A stretch of 64,000 nucleotides of DNA from a virus. The notes under the pieces were generated by a model, which was given only the letters and a program-made list of their open reading frames with translations, ran no database searches and had not been told where the DNA came from. Made by a program: the position numbers and the translations under genes. Shown one piece after another: positions 1 to 10,124 of the stretch. The DNA lies in IMG/VR virus record IMGVR_UViG_3300047392_000164, positions 7,199 to 71,198 of that record. One strand, written 5' to 3'. Position 1 is the stretch's first letter. The number at the start of each line of letters is the position of its first letter.

Positions 1-1
1 A

Positions 2-385
2 ACTCGTACACTTGAATTTGTACAGAATCCTTATAGCCTATTTGAAAGATTTGAATATGATGATGCATCCTTTGATCCTGACGGTATTGATACTAGTTTT
101 GTCAGCGACAAGTACGTCAAAATTATTGTTATCAACAAGTCAGACCTCTACAAATTTGATAAGTTCATCACACGAGTATATACAAAAAATCCACTAGAGG
201 TTAAAATCGTAGAGAACTTCTCTGAATTCAGTGAGGGTCAGGTTGACGAGTCTATCAACCTTGAGGACACACTAAGTGTTCTATCGAATTACATCGACTC
301 TGTTGAAACAGAAGTTGATAAAGATAAAGTAAAGAGCTTCATGAAATTGTTGTACACTGAAGCTCTCAATAAGGAAGTTGTTTAA
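2..385 (+). CDS. 47: Recombination endonuclease subunit gp47 (Mre11/SbcD-like), 3' part
   Basis: Open frame TRTLEFVQNPY...LYTEALNKEVV*; its stop overlaps the g46 ATG, as in T4 gene order. Confidence 0.85.
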   Translation, partial: TRTLEFVQNPYSLFERFEYDDASFDPDGIDTSFVSDKYVKIIVINKSDLYKFDKFITRVYTKNPLEVKIVENFSEFSEGQVDESINLEDTLSVLSNYIDSVETEVDKDKVKSFMKLLYTEALNKEVV

Positions 386-2097
386 TGATCATCTTTAAGA
401 CGCTGGAATGGAAAAACTTTTTATCAACAGGAAACTCTGCTAATAAGATCATTCTCAATAAGTCTCAAAGCACTCTTGTTATTGGTCGCAATGGTGAAGG
501 TAAGTCTACTATGTTGGACGCCTTGACCTTTGCGCTGTTTGGTAAACCATTCCGCAATATTAATAAGCCTCAACTTATTAATTCTATCAACGGTAAGAAC
601 ACTGTTGTAGAGATTACCTTCGACATTGGTTCTAGTGAATACAAAATTGTTCGAGGCATGAAGCCTAACATCTTTGAGATATGGCTGAATGGTTCTATGA
701 TGAATCAAGACGCTGCAGCCAAGGATTATCAAAAGCTTCTTGAACAACAGATCCTACGTCTTAACTATAAGACATTCACACAGGTTGTTATTCTAGGATC
801 AGCTTCATTCGTTCCATTCATGCAACTACCAGCATGGCAACGTCGTGAAGTTATTGAAGACATTCTTGATATTGGTGTATTCTCCACCATGAATCAGATT
901 CTTAAGGAACGTATCAATGAGACAAATGATAACATCAAATCGATTGACGCTAAGATTACGATTGCGAAAAACAACGTTGAGGTACAGAAGAAACTTATTG
1001 GGACATTGGTTTCTTCTAAAAAAGAACAGGTGGACCAGATCCGTAAGCAAATTGCGGATAATGAAGCAGAGATTAAAGTCAATGATGAAAAGTGGGAAGT
1101 CCTCTCAGACAAGATGAATGAGATGATGGCTGCTAGTGATAACGCTAAAGAACTTGAAGAAGATCTTGAACGTGCCACTAAGATGAGAAACAAACTTCTC
1201 TCTAAGAAAGAACAGATTGAAGAGACTCTACAGTTCTTTGCAGACAATACTATATGTCCTTCATGTGCTCAAGACATTCCTCATGAACATAAGACAAAGA
1301 TTGGTTCTAAGTTCAATCAAGAATATAGTGACAGTGTAGACAACCTTAACGTTCTACAAGAAGCATATGATAACCTAATTGCACGTCAAAAGAAGTTAGC
1401 AGTTCTAAACAAAGAACTACTTGCTTTGAACGTTCAGTGTAATGCGATCAATAGTACTAACAGTACGTTGGCTAAGCAGAACAAGAAACTCACTGCTGAC
1501 ATGGAGTCTACTAAAGAAGACACTGTAAACATTGATGTTGAAAAAGCAAGACTTAAAGAAATCGCTGATGAAGCTCTTATCTTAATCGACAAGAAGACTG
1601 AGCTCTATAATGAAAAGCAGATTCATGAAGTGTCTGCTTTATTGCTAAAAGATACCGGCATCAAGACTGCTATCATTAAAGAGTACTTGCCTGTCATGAA
1701 TAAGTTCATCAATGGTTACTTAACTGCTATGGACTTCTACGTACACTTTGAACTAGATGAAGCTTTCAATGAAGTGATCAAGTCTCGATTCCGTGATGAG
1801 TTCACTTATGCAAGTTTCTCGGAAGGTGAGAAAATGCGTATTGACTTGGCTATCCTTTTCACATGGCGACAGATTGCTAAGATGAAGAACTCGGTGAATA
1901 CTAACCTTCTCATCCTTGATGAAATCTTTGACTCATCGCTTGATAATGCTGGCACTGATTACTTCCTATCGGTAATGAATGCTCTTGGAGACAACTCAAA
2001 CATCTTCGTCATCTCACATAAAGGTGATCAACTGTTCGACAAGTTCCACTCCACGATTAGATTTGAAAAGAAGAACGACTTCTCTACTATAGTTTAA
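385..2097 (+). CDS. 46: Recombination ATPase gp46 (Rad50/SbcC-like)
   Basis: Walker A GRNGEGKST, CPSC zinc hook, FSEGE signature, LILDE Walker B. Confidence 0.95.
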   Translation: MIIFKTLEWKNFLSTGNSANKIILNKSQSTLVIGRNGEGKSTMLDALTFALFGKPFRNINKPQLINSINGKNTVVEITFDIGSSEYKIVRGMKPNIFEIWLNGSMMNQDAAAKDYQKLLEQQILRLNYKTFTQVVILGSASFVPFMQLPAWQRREVIEDILDIGVFSTMNQILKERINETNDNIKSIDAKITIAKNNVEVQKKLIGTLVSSKKEQVDQIRKQIADNEAEIKVNDEKWEVLSDKMNEMMAASDNAKELEEDLERATKMRNKLLSKKEQIEETLQFFADNTICPSCAQDIPHEHKTKIGSKFNQEYSDSVDNLNVLQEAYDNLIARQKKLAVLNKELLALNVQCNAINSTNSTLAKQNKKLTADMESTKEDTVNIDVEKARLKEIADEALILIDKKTELYNEKQIHEVSALLLKDTGIKTAIIKEYLPVMNKFINGYLTAMDFYVHFELDEAFNEVIKSRFRDEFTYASFSEGEKMRIDLAILFTWRQIAKMKNSVNTNLLILDEIFDSSLDNAGTDYFLSVMNALGDNSNIFVISHKGDQLFDKFHSTIRFEKKNDFSTIV

Positions 2098-2112
2098 AAC
2101 AAAAGTATACAG

Positions 2113-2141
2113 TTTACTTTAATTCGTGGTTAGTGTATAAT
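2113..2141 (+). promoter_or_regulatory. Early-type sigma70 promoter (family member)
   Basis: TTTACT-17-TATAAT with AATTCGT in the spacer; ATG 7 nt downstream. Confidence 0.75.
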
Positions 2142-2148
2142 TCTAATC

Positions 2149-4146
2149 ATGAACAAATCTAAAAGCCACGACATCCTAGCCAAGCTATTGGCTACGGAAA
2201 ACATTATCGTCTCACGAGAAAATGTACAAACAGCTTCGTTTGACATTAAGAATCGCGTACTCCGACTTCCTCGATGGAAGGATCTAACTCAAGAAATTGA
2301 GGAGATGCTTCTACTCCATGAAGTCGGTCATGCGTTGTACACTACTGTAGATGGCTATGGCGTAGTGTATGATACAAAGAAACATCTCAAAGGTTACGCC
2401 AACATTATTGAAGATGTACGTATTGAAAAGAAGATGAAGGATCGTTATCCTGGCTCTCGCAAATCTTTCAACATGGGTTACACTCAGCTGAATGAACGAG
2501 ACTTCTTCAAGGTCAGAGGTAAAGACCTAAGCAAACTCCTACTAATCGATCGCATCAACATCTTCTATAAGGTAGGCTATGCTTCGGGTGTTCAGTTTAC
2601 ACCAGAAGAATATGTCTATGTGCAGCGAGCAGATCAATGTAAGACTGAAGACGATGTCATTAAGTTAGCCGAGGATATCTTCAACTTTAGTAAAGCTGAA
2701 AAAGAAGAAGAGCAGGAAGAACAAAAGGCATACAAAATTTCAGGTGGTGGAGACGAATCTGATGTTGACCCTGATGAAATCGCTGATGATGCCGAAGACT
2801 TGACACCTGAAACTATTGATGCATTCGATGAAAGTCTGTCTAACATTCAAGACCATGATTCACGTACTGTGTACTATGAACCTGATTTTGAAAGTCATGG
2901 TGAGAAAGTTCTTATTGGCTATAAGCATATTCTTGAAGAATTGTCTACGTACTATGACGATCAATCACGCGCTGCACTCAGAATTAATGCTACAGAATTT
3001 AAGACATCATCCACAAGCATTGTCAACTATCTAGTCAAAGAATTTGAAATGCGTAAGTCGGCAGATGCTTACAAGCGTATTAAGATCTCTCGTCTTGGTC
3101 AGATTGATATGCGTAAACTATATGCCTACCAATTGAAGGACGACATCTTCCGCCAGATGGCTACAGTGCAAGAAGGTAAGAAACATGGTATGATCTTCTT
3201 GCTTGATTGGTCGGGTTCTATGAACAGCTATATGCATGAAACTGTTGAGCAAGTTATCAACTTGGCTATGTTTTGTCGCAAGATTAACATTCCATTCCAA
3301 GTGCTTGGTTTCTCGGATGGTTATATGTATGATGATGACTACTATCGTCAGCCTCCTGTAACTCCAGGAAATGAAAATGGTCTTGGATCTTCTGGTGGAT
3401 TGTCATTGCTAGAATTCTTCTCGGATAAGATGAACACTCGTGATTTTAATGCTATGATTGAGTATCTTTTGAATCGTCCATGGAGACACAAAAAATACAC
3501 ATTGAATGGAACTCCATTGAACACTGCTCTTATTTACTGTGCAAAGTACATTGGTGAATTCATTCAAAAGAATAATGTTGAGAAAATGACTCTCATCACT
3601 CTAAGCGATGGTGAAAGCAATGAGCTCTATCCAACACGTTCTATCAGAAAAGGTTATGCATACATCTATGAGGATAACCAATCACGTCGTTTCAATGTGA
3701 CAAGCATTCTACGTGATCCAAAGACAAAGAAAGAATACGAACTTTCAGATAATGCTGCAGAACAAACTGCTACATTGATGAATCTTATTCGTGATCGTTA
3801 TGGAATTCACAGTGTAGGTTTCTACGTTACCAATGTGAATCAAAAATCTATTGATCGATTTGTGAAGAACAATATGAAATTTGAAGCTACAGCATCAAAG
3901 CGTTACAATGTTTCATACAAGATCTACAGTGATCTTCGTAAGAACAAGTGTGCCATCACTAAAGAAATTCCTGGACGTGATGAAATGTATGTTATTGCAA
4001 CATCTAACAAGATTCAAGATGAAGAACTTGAAGATGTAAATCAAGAAATGTCAGCTTCACAGATCGCACGCCAGCTTAGTAAGGTATTCAACTCACGTAA
4101 GACTTCTCGAGTGGTCCTGAATTCCTTTGTCGGGATGGTCGCATAA
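2149..4146 (+). CDS. CobT-like HExxH/VWA-domain protein
   Basis: HEVGH motif, VWA MIDAS DWSGSM and LSDGE; adjacent to a MoxR/CobS ATPase. Confidence 0.75.
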   Translation: MNKSKSHDILAKLLATENIIVSRENVQTASFDIKNRVLRLPRWKDLTQEIEEMLLLHEVGHALYTTVDGYGVVYDTKKHLKGYANIIEDVRIEKKMKDRYPGSRKSFNMGYTQLNERDFFKVRGKDLSKLLLIDRINIFYKVGYASGVQFTPEEYVYVQRADQCKTEDDVIKLAEDIFNFSKAEKEEEQEEQKAYKISGGGDESDVDPDEIADDAEDLTPETIDAFDESLSNIQDHDSRTVYYEPDFESHGEKVLIGYKHILEELSTYYDDQSRAALRINATEFKTSSTSIVNYLVKEFEMRKSADAYKRIKISRLGQIDMRKLYAYQLKDDIFRQMATVQEGKKHGMIFLLDWSGSMNSYMHETVEQVINLAMFCRKINIPFQVLGFSDGYMYDDDYYRQPPVTPGNENGLGSSGGLSLLEFFSDKMNTRDFNAMIEYLLNRPWRHKKYTLNGTPLNTALIYCAKYIGEFIQKNNVEKMTLITLSDGESNELYPTRSIRKGYAYIYEDNQSRRFNVTSILRDPKTKKEYELSDNAAEQTATLMNLIRDRYGIHSVGFYVTNVNQKSIDRFVKNNMKFEATASKRYNVSYKIYSDLRKNKCAITKEIPGRDEMYVIATSNKIQDEELEDVNQEMSASQIARQLSKVFNSRKTSRVVLNSFVGMVA

Positions 4147-4160
4147 AGTTGAAGAAACGG

Positions 4161-4189
4161 TGTACATTAATTCGTCTATTAGATATAAT
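4161..4189 (+). promoter_or_regulatory. Early-type promoter
   Basis: TGTACA-17-TATAAT; ATG 6 nt downstream. Confidence 0.8.
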
Positions 4190-4195
4190 ACTAAC

Positions 4196-5299
4196 ATGAA
4201 TACAGAAAAACTCTTCCTCGATACGCTGCTCCAAGAATTCCCTGACTGCAAAGCCTCTGGTCAAGTTAGCCGTGCCCAGATCGTTGCAACAATGGAAAAG
4301 CTTGGAACTACCAAGTACCCACAATGGCTCATGCAAATGAAAGCCGCACGTGGTCTATATGTCATTCCCGGTCGTGAGACTGAGGAAACAACTGAAACAA
4401 AACCCGTGAACACACCACAAGACACATCTCTCGTCCCAAAGGTAGATCCCAACTACGTCGCCTTTGGTAATCATAAAGACATTGACACTATCGTCAAGTC
4501 TAGACAATTTTATCCAGCGTACATCAGTGGCCCAACTGGTAACGGTAAGTCTACTACAGTAGAACAGGTTTGTGCCAAGAACAAGCGTCCTCTCATCCGT
4601 GTTAACTTGAACATGATGACTGACGAAGATCAACTCATCGGATCTAAAACTCTAGTCGATGGCAACGTAGCAATTGTAGAAGGTCCAGTTCTAATTGCAA
4701 TGCGTAGTGGTATTCCTCTATTGCTTGACGAAATCGACGCAGGTTCAGCAAACACTCTGCTTTGCTTGCAACCAATCCTTGAAGGTAAGCCATACTACTT
4801 CAAGTTGAAAAATGAACTCATTTATCCAGCACCAGGATTCACAGTCTTTGCTACAGCTAACACTAAAGGCAAAGGTAGTGATGATGGTCGATACATCGGT
4901 ACCAACGTTCTGAACGAAGCTTTCCTAGAACGTTTTGCAATCACCTTCAATCAGGATTATCCAACTGCTTCGATTGAACGTAAGATTGTATTGAATCTAA
5001 TGAAGTCCTTGTCTTGTGAAGACGAAGAGTTTGCTGAAACACTTGTTAAGTGGGCTGATGCAATTCGTAGGACTTTTGCAGATGGTGGGGTTGACGAAAC
5101 GATTACAACCCGCCGTTTGGTACACATTGTCAGGGCCTTCGCAATCTTCAAAGATCGTGCTAAAGCTGTGGAATTGTGTATCAACCGATTTGACGATATC
5201 ACTCGTAGTGCATTCGCAAATCTATTCGAGAAAGTGTCTACTCCTGAGCCAGCTCCTGTAGCAGCACCAACTCCCGAAGAAGTTGAAATCCCATTTTAA
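4196..5299 (+). CDS. CobS/MoxR-like AAA+ ATPase
   Basis: GPTGNGKS, LLLDEID, ATANTKG, FLERF; start placed at the ATG just after the promoter. Confidence 0.85.
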   Translation: MNTEKLFLDTLLQEFPDCKASGQVSRAQIVATMEKLGTTKYPQWLMQMKAARGLYVIPGRETEETTETKPVNTPQDTSLVPKVDPNYVAFGNHKDIDTIVKSRQFYPAYISGPTGNGKSTTVEQVCAKNKRPLIRVNLNMMTDEDQLIGSKTLVDGNVAIVEGPVLIAMRSGIPLLLDEIDAGSANTLLCLQPILEGKPYYFKLKNELIYPAPGFTVFATANTKGKGSDDGRYIGTNVLNEAFLERFAITFNQDYPTASIERKIVLNLMKSLSCEDEEFAETLVKWADAIRRTFADGGVDETITTRRLVHIVRAFAIFKDRAKAVELCINRFDDITRSAFANLFEKVSTPEPAPVAAPTPEEVEIPF

Positions 5300-5313
5300 T
5301 TAGGAACTATATT

Positions 5314-5682
5314 ATGAACTATTCTGACCTCACCAAAACTCAAAAGCGTTGTATTGATGCCTTCATCAAGCTTCGTCCAGAACTCAATTCCCAAGCAACT
5401 ATTACTCGTCCAGAAGTTGAAAGCTTGTTTCAAACTTTGTTTGAAGCTCGTGCAACTGGTGGCGAAAAGATTGGCTACCCAATGTGGTTGGTCAAAGGTG
5501 ACAAGCTCGGTCGTGGAATTTATGAATTCCCAGCACCTGAACTTGATGACACCCCTGCTATTCCAACTCTAGAAAAAACTTCTAAATCTAAGGCTAAAGC
5601 TGAAAAGCAAGTCGAAGTTGAAAAAGAAGATAAAGAATTTTTTACAGAGTTAGCAGAAAATGGTATAATGGAATCTGCTTAA
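5314..5682 (+). CDS. Hypothetical protein
   Basis: ORF with AGGA SD; resembles the N-terminal domain of the upstream ATPase (YPxWL..GxY). Confidence 0.7.
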   Translation: MNYSDLTKTQKRCIDAFIKLRPELNSQATITRPEVESLFQTLFEARATGGEKIGYPMWLVKGDKLGRGIYEFPAPELDDTPAIPTLEKTSKSKAKAEKQVEVEKEDKEFFTELAENGIMESA

Positions 5683-5703
5683 TCGCAATTCCCTTTGATG
5701 GGT

Positions 5704-5733
5704 GCCGATAAGAAATTATCGGTGCTCTTTTTT
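5704..5733 (+). terminator. Intrinsic terminator
   Basis: GCCGATAA-GAAA-TTATCGGT followed by a T run. Confidence 0.7.
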
Positions 5734-5754
5734 CGTTAACATTATGGAGTTATT

Positions 5755-6000
5755 ATGACTAAATTATCCCGCCTTGAAGCTTACTTGAAATCCGGCGCAA
5801 CTGCAACCCCACGTCAAATCACTGGCATGTTTGGTTTGCAAAATCCAACTGCAGCAGTTCATGCACTACGTAGCCAAGGCGTTTGCGTTTACGCGAATGA
5901 AGCTACACTTGCAACTGGTGAGCGTACTGTAAAGTACAAAGTTGGTAAGCCAACTAAGAACATGATTAAAGTTGCTCACGCAATGGGCATGTTCAACTAA
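5755..6000 (+). CDS. Small winged-HTH-like protein
   Basis: GGAG SD; HTH-like TPRQI...NPTAAVHALR. Confidence 0.6.
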   Translation: MTKLSRLEAYLKSGATATPRQITGMFGLQNPTAAVHALRSQGVCVYANEATLATGERTVKYKVGKPTKNMIKVAHAMGMFN

Positions 6001-6006
6001 TTGAAG

Positions 6007-6058
6007 TGTACTTAAAAGTAGGACTTGGGTATAATATACTCAGGTCCTCTTTTTATTT
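6007..6058 (+). promoter_or_regulatory. Early-type promoter overlapped by a terminator-like hairpin
   Basis: TGTACT-17-TATAAT; 13-bp stem across the -10 followed by a T-rich tail. Confidence 0.65.
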
Positions 6059-6063
6059 CTATT

Positions 6064-6447
6064 ATGACAGTACCAAATCCAGCAACAGGTAAACTTACCC
6101 CTAAACAAAAACAACAAATTGATGATGCAATCAAAGCTTCTCAGACTGCGACAACTGGCGGTCGAAAGTTTGATGGTGGCAAACTTCGATATGGATTGAT
6201 TCCTCCATTAGCACAAGCCGAAATGGTTAAGGTGCTTACATTTGGCGCAGAAAAGTATGAGCCAGACAATTGGAAGAAAGTTCCAGAATCAAAGACCCGA
6301 TACTTTGATGCTTTAGAGCGTCACATCTGGGCATGGAAAATGGGTGAGCAGATCGATCCAGAATCTGGCATTCACCACTTGGCACACGCAATGTGTTGCT
6401 TAGCTTTCCTTTATGAACACGACGTAAAATACTCTAAGGACGTATAA
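6064..6447 (+). CDS. dATP/dGTP diphosphohydrolase-like protein (DUF5664 type)
   Basis: KFDGGKLRYGLIP, GAEKY..DNW, DPESGIHHLAHA motifs. Confidence 0.85.
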   Translation: MTVPNPATGKLTPKQKQQIDDAIKASQTATTGGRKFDGGKLRYGLIPPLAQAEMVKVLTFGAEKYEPDNWKKVPESKTRYFDALERHIWAWKMGEQIDPESGIHHLAHAMCCLAFLYEHDVKYSKDV

Positions 6448-6770
6448 TGTTTTTCACAAACAAACTTGAAGTTTCAAATCTTAAAGTTAAACTTGAAGAT
6501 GCCAACGCAAATGTTGAACGTCTTAAAGCGCAATTGATTAAGTTGCAGAATGATGAAGATACTTCAAAGGCTACAGTATCGGTTGACTTTAGCAAGATCA
6601 AATGTTTTTCTATAGAACGTAATCAAAGCAACTACAGACCATGCACAATCTTAGGTTACAACTTACTCACTGATGCAGAAAATATTGGTCCACGCGAATG
6701 GACTCTATATTGCTCAGTTGAACAACATGAAAAACTTGTTGAACTCTTTAACAAGCAGAAAGGCAAATAA
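6447..6770 (+). CDS. Hypothetical protein
   Basis: Translationally coupled ORF. Confidence 0.65.
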   Translation: MFFTNKLEVSNLKVKLEDANANVERLKAQLIKLQNDEDTSKATVSVDFSKIKCFSIERNQSNYRPCTILGYNLLTDAENIGPREWTLYCSVEQHEKLVELFNKQKGK

Positions 6771-7435
6771 TGCAATTATCAAAAGAAACTCTCGCCCTGA
6801 TCAAGAACTTTGCAGGTATCAACGGAAGCCTTATGCTTAAGCAAGGCAACAAGTTGGCTACTATCTCCGAAGGCAAGAACGTCATGGCTGAGGCAACTAT
6901 CACCGAAGAATTCCCAAGTGACTTCGGCATCTATGACTTGAACGAATTCCTAAGTTCATGCTCTCTATTCGACAATGCATCTATCGAATTCAAAGAAAAG
7001 TATGCAGTGATTGCTGACTCAACTAATACGAACTCACGTATCAAGTTCTTCGCAGCAGGTGAAGGTGTTGTTAAAGCTGCACCAAGCACAATCAAGTTTC
7101 CATCAGCCGATGTAACCTTTACACTTAACGCAACTCAACTTGCAATGATTCAACGTACCGCTGGTGCATTGAAGGCAGGTGATGTTACTATCGAAGGTGA
7201 TGGTACAACGCTCAGCGTTACAGTTGCTGACAAGAAGAATGATACTTCCAACGCATACAACCATGTGCTTGGTGAAACAACTGAAACATTTAAGGCTCAC
7301 CTCAAGATTGAAAACTTGAAGATGTTGCCAAATGACTATGTTGTTGAAATCTCCAAGAAGAAGATCTCTCGTTTCAAGCATACTGCTTCTGACTTGACAT
7401 ACTACATCGCTGTTGAAGCTGACTCGGAGTTCTAA
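6770..7435 (+). CDS. 45: Sliding clamp gp45
   Basis: MQLSKETL..KNFA.IN, FGIYDLNEFL, YYIAVE. Confidence 0.95.
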   Translation: MQLSKETLALIKNFAGINGSLMLKQGNKLATISEGKNVMAEATITEEFPSDFGIYDLNEFLSSCSLFDNASIEFKEKYAVIADSTNTNSRIKFFAAGEGVVKAAPSTIKFPSADVTFTLNATQLAMIQRTAGALKAGDVTIEGDGTTLSVTVADKKNDTSNAYNHVLGETTETFKAHLKIENLKMLPNDYVVEISKKKISRFKHTASDLTYYIAVEADSEF

Positions 7436-7578
7436 TGGTTGAAGGCGCATTCAGAGGAGTTGGCGAGACAATAGCTCTCCTCTTTATCCTTTGCTGCATC
7501 TTCGTTCCACTAGGTCTTTGGAAGTTAGTGGAAATCATTATTTGGTTATATAAACACGTGAGCATTTCTATATTATGA
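7435..7578 (+). CDS. Small membrane protein (47 aa)
   Basis: Coupled ORF not in the track; hydrophobic IALLFILCCIFVPLGLWKLVEIIIWLY. Confidence 0.6.
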   Translation: MVEGAFRGVGETIALLFILCCIFVPLGLWKLVEIIIWLYKHVSISIL

Positions 7579-8513
7579 GCAATCAATATTTGTGGGTAGA
7601 AAAATATCGTCCATCAACAATCGATGAATGTATTCTACCTGAATCGATGAAGAAGACTTTCCGTGAGTTCATCAACTCCGGCGAGTTGCCAAACTTCTTA
7701 TTCTGTGGTGGAGCAGGTGTAGGTAAGACTACAGTTGCAAAAGCATTGTGCAATGAAGTAGGTGCAGAGTATCTCTTCATTAACGGTTCTGAAGAATCTG
7801 GTATCGATGTTCTTCGTACAAAGATTAAGAACTTTGCATCCTCTGTGTCACTTACAGATTCTAAGAAAGTGGTTATCCTTGATGAAGCTGATTATCTTAA
7901 CGCTAATAGCACTCAGCCTGCTCTCCGTGGCTTTATCGAAGAGTTCAGTAATAACTGTCGATTTATCTTCACATGCAACTTCAAAAACCGAATCATCGAA
8001 CCTTTGCATTCTCGATGTGCGGTGGTCGAATTCAAAATAGATAATTCTGAAAAGCCAAAGATTGCTGCAGGATTCTATCGTCGTGTTCTTGACATTCTTT
8101 CAATTGAAAAGGTTGAGGCTGATGGTAAAGTAGTTGCTGAACTAATTACTAAATACTTCCCTGACTATCGTCGTATTCTAAACGAATTGCAACGTTACTC
8201 TGTGTCAGGTAAGATTGATGCTGGTCTACTTGTCAACATTGGAGATGAATCATACGCTGAACTTGTTAAGTATGTCAAGGCAAAGAACTTTACTGAAGTA
8301 CGTAAGTGGGTTGGTAAGAACAGCGACATTGAATGTACAGAACTATTCCGCAAGTTCTATGACAAGTCTGTTGACATTCTAGAACAAGGATCTATTCCTC
8401 AATTGGTTTTGATTCTTGCAGAGTATCAATATAAAGCAGCGTTTGTTGCAGATCGTGAAATCAATACGATGGCAGCACTTACAGAAATTATGGCTCAACT
8501 GAAATTTAAATAA
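7575..8513 (+). CDS. 44: Clamp loader large subunit gp44
   Basis: LWVEKYRP, GVGKTT, ILDEAD, SRC motif. Confidence 0.95.
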   Translation: MSNQYLWVEKYRPSTIDECILPESMKKTFREFINSGELPNFLFCGGAGVGKTTVAKALCNEVGAEYLFINGSEESGIDVLRTKIKNFASSVSLTDSKKVVILDEADYLNANSTQPALRGFIEEFSNNCRFIFTCNFKNRIIEPLHSRCAVVEFKIDNSEKPKIAAGFYRRVLDILSIEKVEADGKVVAELITKYFPDYRRILNELQRYSVSGKIDAGLLVNIGDESYAELVKYVKAKNFTEVRKWVGKNSDIECTELFRKFYDKSVDILEQGSIPQLVLILAEYQYKAAFVADREINTMAALTEIMAQLKFK

Positions 8514-8514
8514 T

Positions 8515-8838
8515 ATGGAATTCCTTGTAGTACTCACCGTTATGTTTGCTCTTGGCTTCTTCGTTGGTTGGAGAGCACGTGAACAAACTGCTGTCAATCG
8601 AATCAAAGAATTTGAAGATCAACTTAATGAGACAATGATTGAAGAATTCAAGAGTAAAGTGATTGACATCAATGTTGAAGACCATGATGGTGTGTTCTAT
8701 GTCTACAAGAAAGAAGATGGTACGTACCTAGCTCATGGTCCTACTATGGAAAGTCTTGAAGATATCCTCACGGAAAAGTTTCCAGGAAAAATGTTTAACG
8801 CAACTCCAGATGATTTGGAAAGATTGAAAACCCGATGA
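8515..8838 (+). CDS. Hypothetical protein with N-terminal membrane anchor
   Basis: Hydrophobic N-terminus; coupled ORF. Confidence 0.65.
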   Translation: MEFLVVLTVMFALGFFVGWRAREQTAVNRIKEFEDQLNETMIEEFKSKVIDINVEDHDGVFYVYKKEDGTYLAHGPTMESLEDILTEKFPGKMFNATPDDLERLKTR

Positions 8839-9215
8839 GCTTTTTTGATTTTCTAAACGCAATTAATGATACAAAGAAGGACCTCATTCGTGAGGATCCT
8901 CATACAGAAAAAGATTACGTTCCATTCATGATCAATCGAGGATTGTCTTACTTTCCCGATACAGTTATGTTTGCTAACGAAATGAATACCCATGCTGACA
9001 TTCCAAAGCAATGGCAATTTGATTTTTATCGAAATGGTATTGTCAAGAAGAAGCGATTCTCAAAGTGGCACAAACGTGATCAAGATACTGACGAAGTTAA
9101 ACTCGTCATGAAGGAATACAACTATAGTTCTGAAAAAGCTATGAACGCTTTGAGTTTACTAACGGCTGAACAGATCAAACAACTCAAAGAAAAGTATCAA
9201 ACTGGAGGTCGTTAA
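8835..9215 (+). CDS. 62: Clamp loader small subunit gp62
   Basis: YVPFMINRGLS, ANEMN, KKKRFSKW; synteny. Confidence 0.9.
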   Translation: MSFFDFLNAINDTKKDLIREDPHTEKDYVPFMINRGLSYFPDTVMFANEMNTHADIPKQWQFDFYRNGIVKKKRFSKWHKRDQDTDEVKLVMKEYNYSSEKAMNALSLLTAEQIKQLKEKYQTGGR

Positions 9216-9218
9216 TCG

Positions 9219-9226
9219 TATAAATA
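9219..9226 (+). promoter_or_regulatory. T4-type late promoter
   Basis: TATAAATA upstream of regA. Confidence 0.6.
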
Positions 9227-9275
9227 ATTACAGTCTAATAGCTTTATTATGACAACTATAACTAAGGATTGTGAA

Positions 9276-9698
9276 ATGACTGTAGAATTAATTTATTACG
9301 ATTGGTCACCCGACTCAATGCTTGAAGTGACGTTACCAGAACCAGATAATTTCTTAAAGGTTCGTGAAACTCTCACTCGCATCGGAGTGGCTTCCCGTAA
9401 AGACAAAACCCTGTATCAATCTTGCCATATATTGCATAAGCAAGGTCGATACTTTATCGTCCACTTTAAAGAATTGTTTGCCCTTGATGGCAAGGAAGCA
9501 AACATCACTAGTGGAGATATTGAACGTAGAAATACTATCGCTGGTCTGTTATCAGACTGGGGATTGTTGAAGATCGTTACTCCGGCGAAAGCGGAACAAC
9601 GAGTTTCATTGTCTCAGATCAAGGTCGTATCTTTTAAAGAGAAAGCCGACTGGACTCTAACCGCCAAGTACAACATTGGCAAAAAACCAACTAAATAA
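9276..9698 (+). CDS. regA: Translational repressor RegA
   Basis: FLKVRETLTRIG, LYQSCHILHKQGRYFIVHFKEL. Confidence 0.95.
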   Translation: MTVELIYYDWSPDSMLEVTLPEPDNFLKVRETLTRIGVASRKDKTLYQSCHILHKQGRYFIVHFKELFALDGKEANITSGDIERRNTIAGLLSDWGLLKIVTPAKAEQRVSLSQIKVVSFKEKADWTLTAKYNIGKKPTK

Positions 9699-9709
9699 AT
9701 GGAGAAACC

Positions 9710-9895
9710 ATGCTAAAATTTGAATTGACTCTTGATGAAGCTAACCTAGTTCTTGCCGCTTTGGGTAAGGCACCTTTCGAACAAGTCGCAGGCTTGATTG
9801 GCAAGATGCGTGAACAAGCACAACCGCAACTACCAGCTTTGGAAGCAGCACAACGTGCAGCACAAGAAGCAGCACAAACCCCAGCTGCTGAGTAA
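9710..9895 (+). CDS. Hypothetical protein
   Basis: GGAG SD, 61 aa. Confidence 0.7.
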   Translation: MLKFELTLDEANLVLAALGKAPFEQVAGLIGKMREQAQPQLPALEAAQRAAQEAAQTPAAE

Positions 9896-9898
9896 TTA

Positions 9899-10110
9899 GT
9901 CCCACTCGGGATGGGAACGAGGTTGGAGGTAACCTCGTTAAAAACCTTCATTGAACAGAACCCACCTTAGGGCCGTTTGACGTAAACGGTTAAGATAGAT
10001 TGTCTTACTTTCTATCTGGGCGTCCGAGCAATTGAACTGCCATTCGTTAATTGGCGCTGGATAAAGTAACCAGCAGATACGCCTTCGGGGTATCACATTA
10101 CTAACTCGCT
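9899..10110 (+). ncRNA. Structured leader RNA upstream of hsp20 (manA-motif candidate)
   Basis: About 7 consecutive hairpins plus a possible pseudoknot in an intergenic gap of about 230 nt. Confidence 0.55.
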
Positions 10111-10124
10111 TAATAGGAGAAACT

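Noticed and set aside
6064-6447. Evidence for 2-aminoadenine (Z) DNA
   Set aside because: There is no purZ in the window, and g42/agt point to hmC modification.
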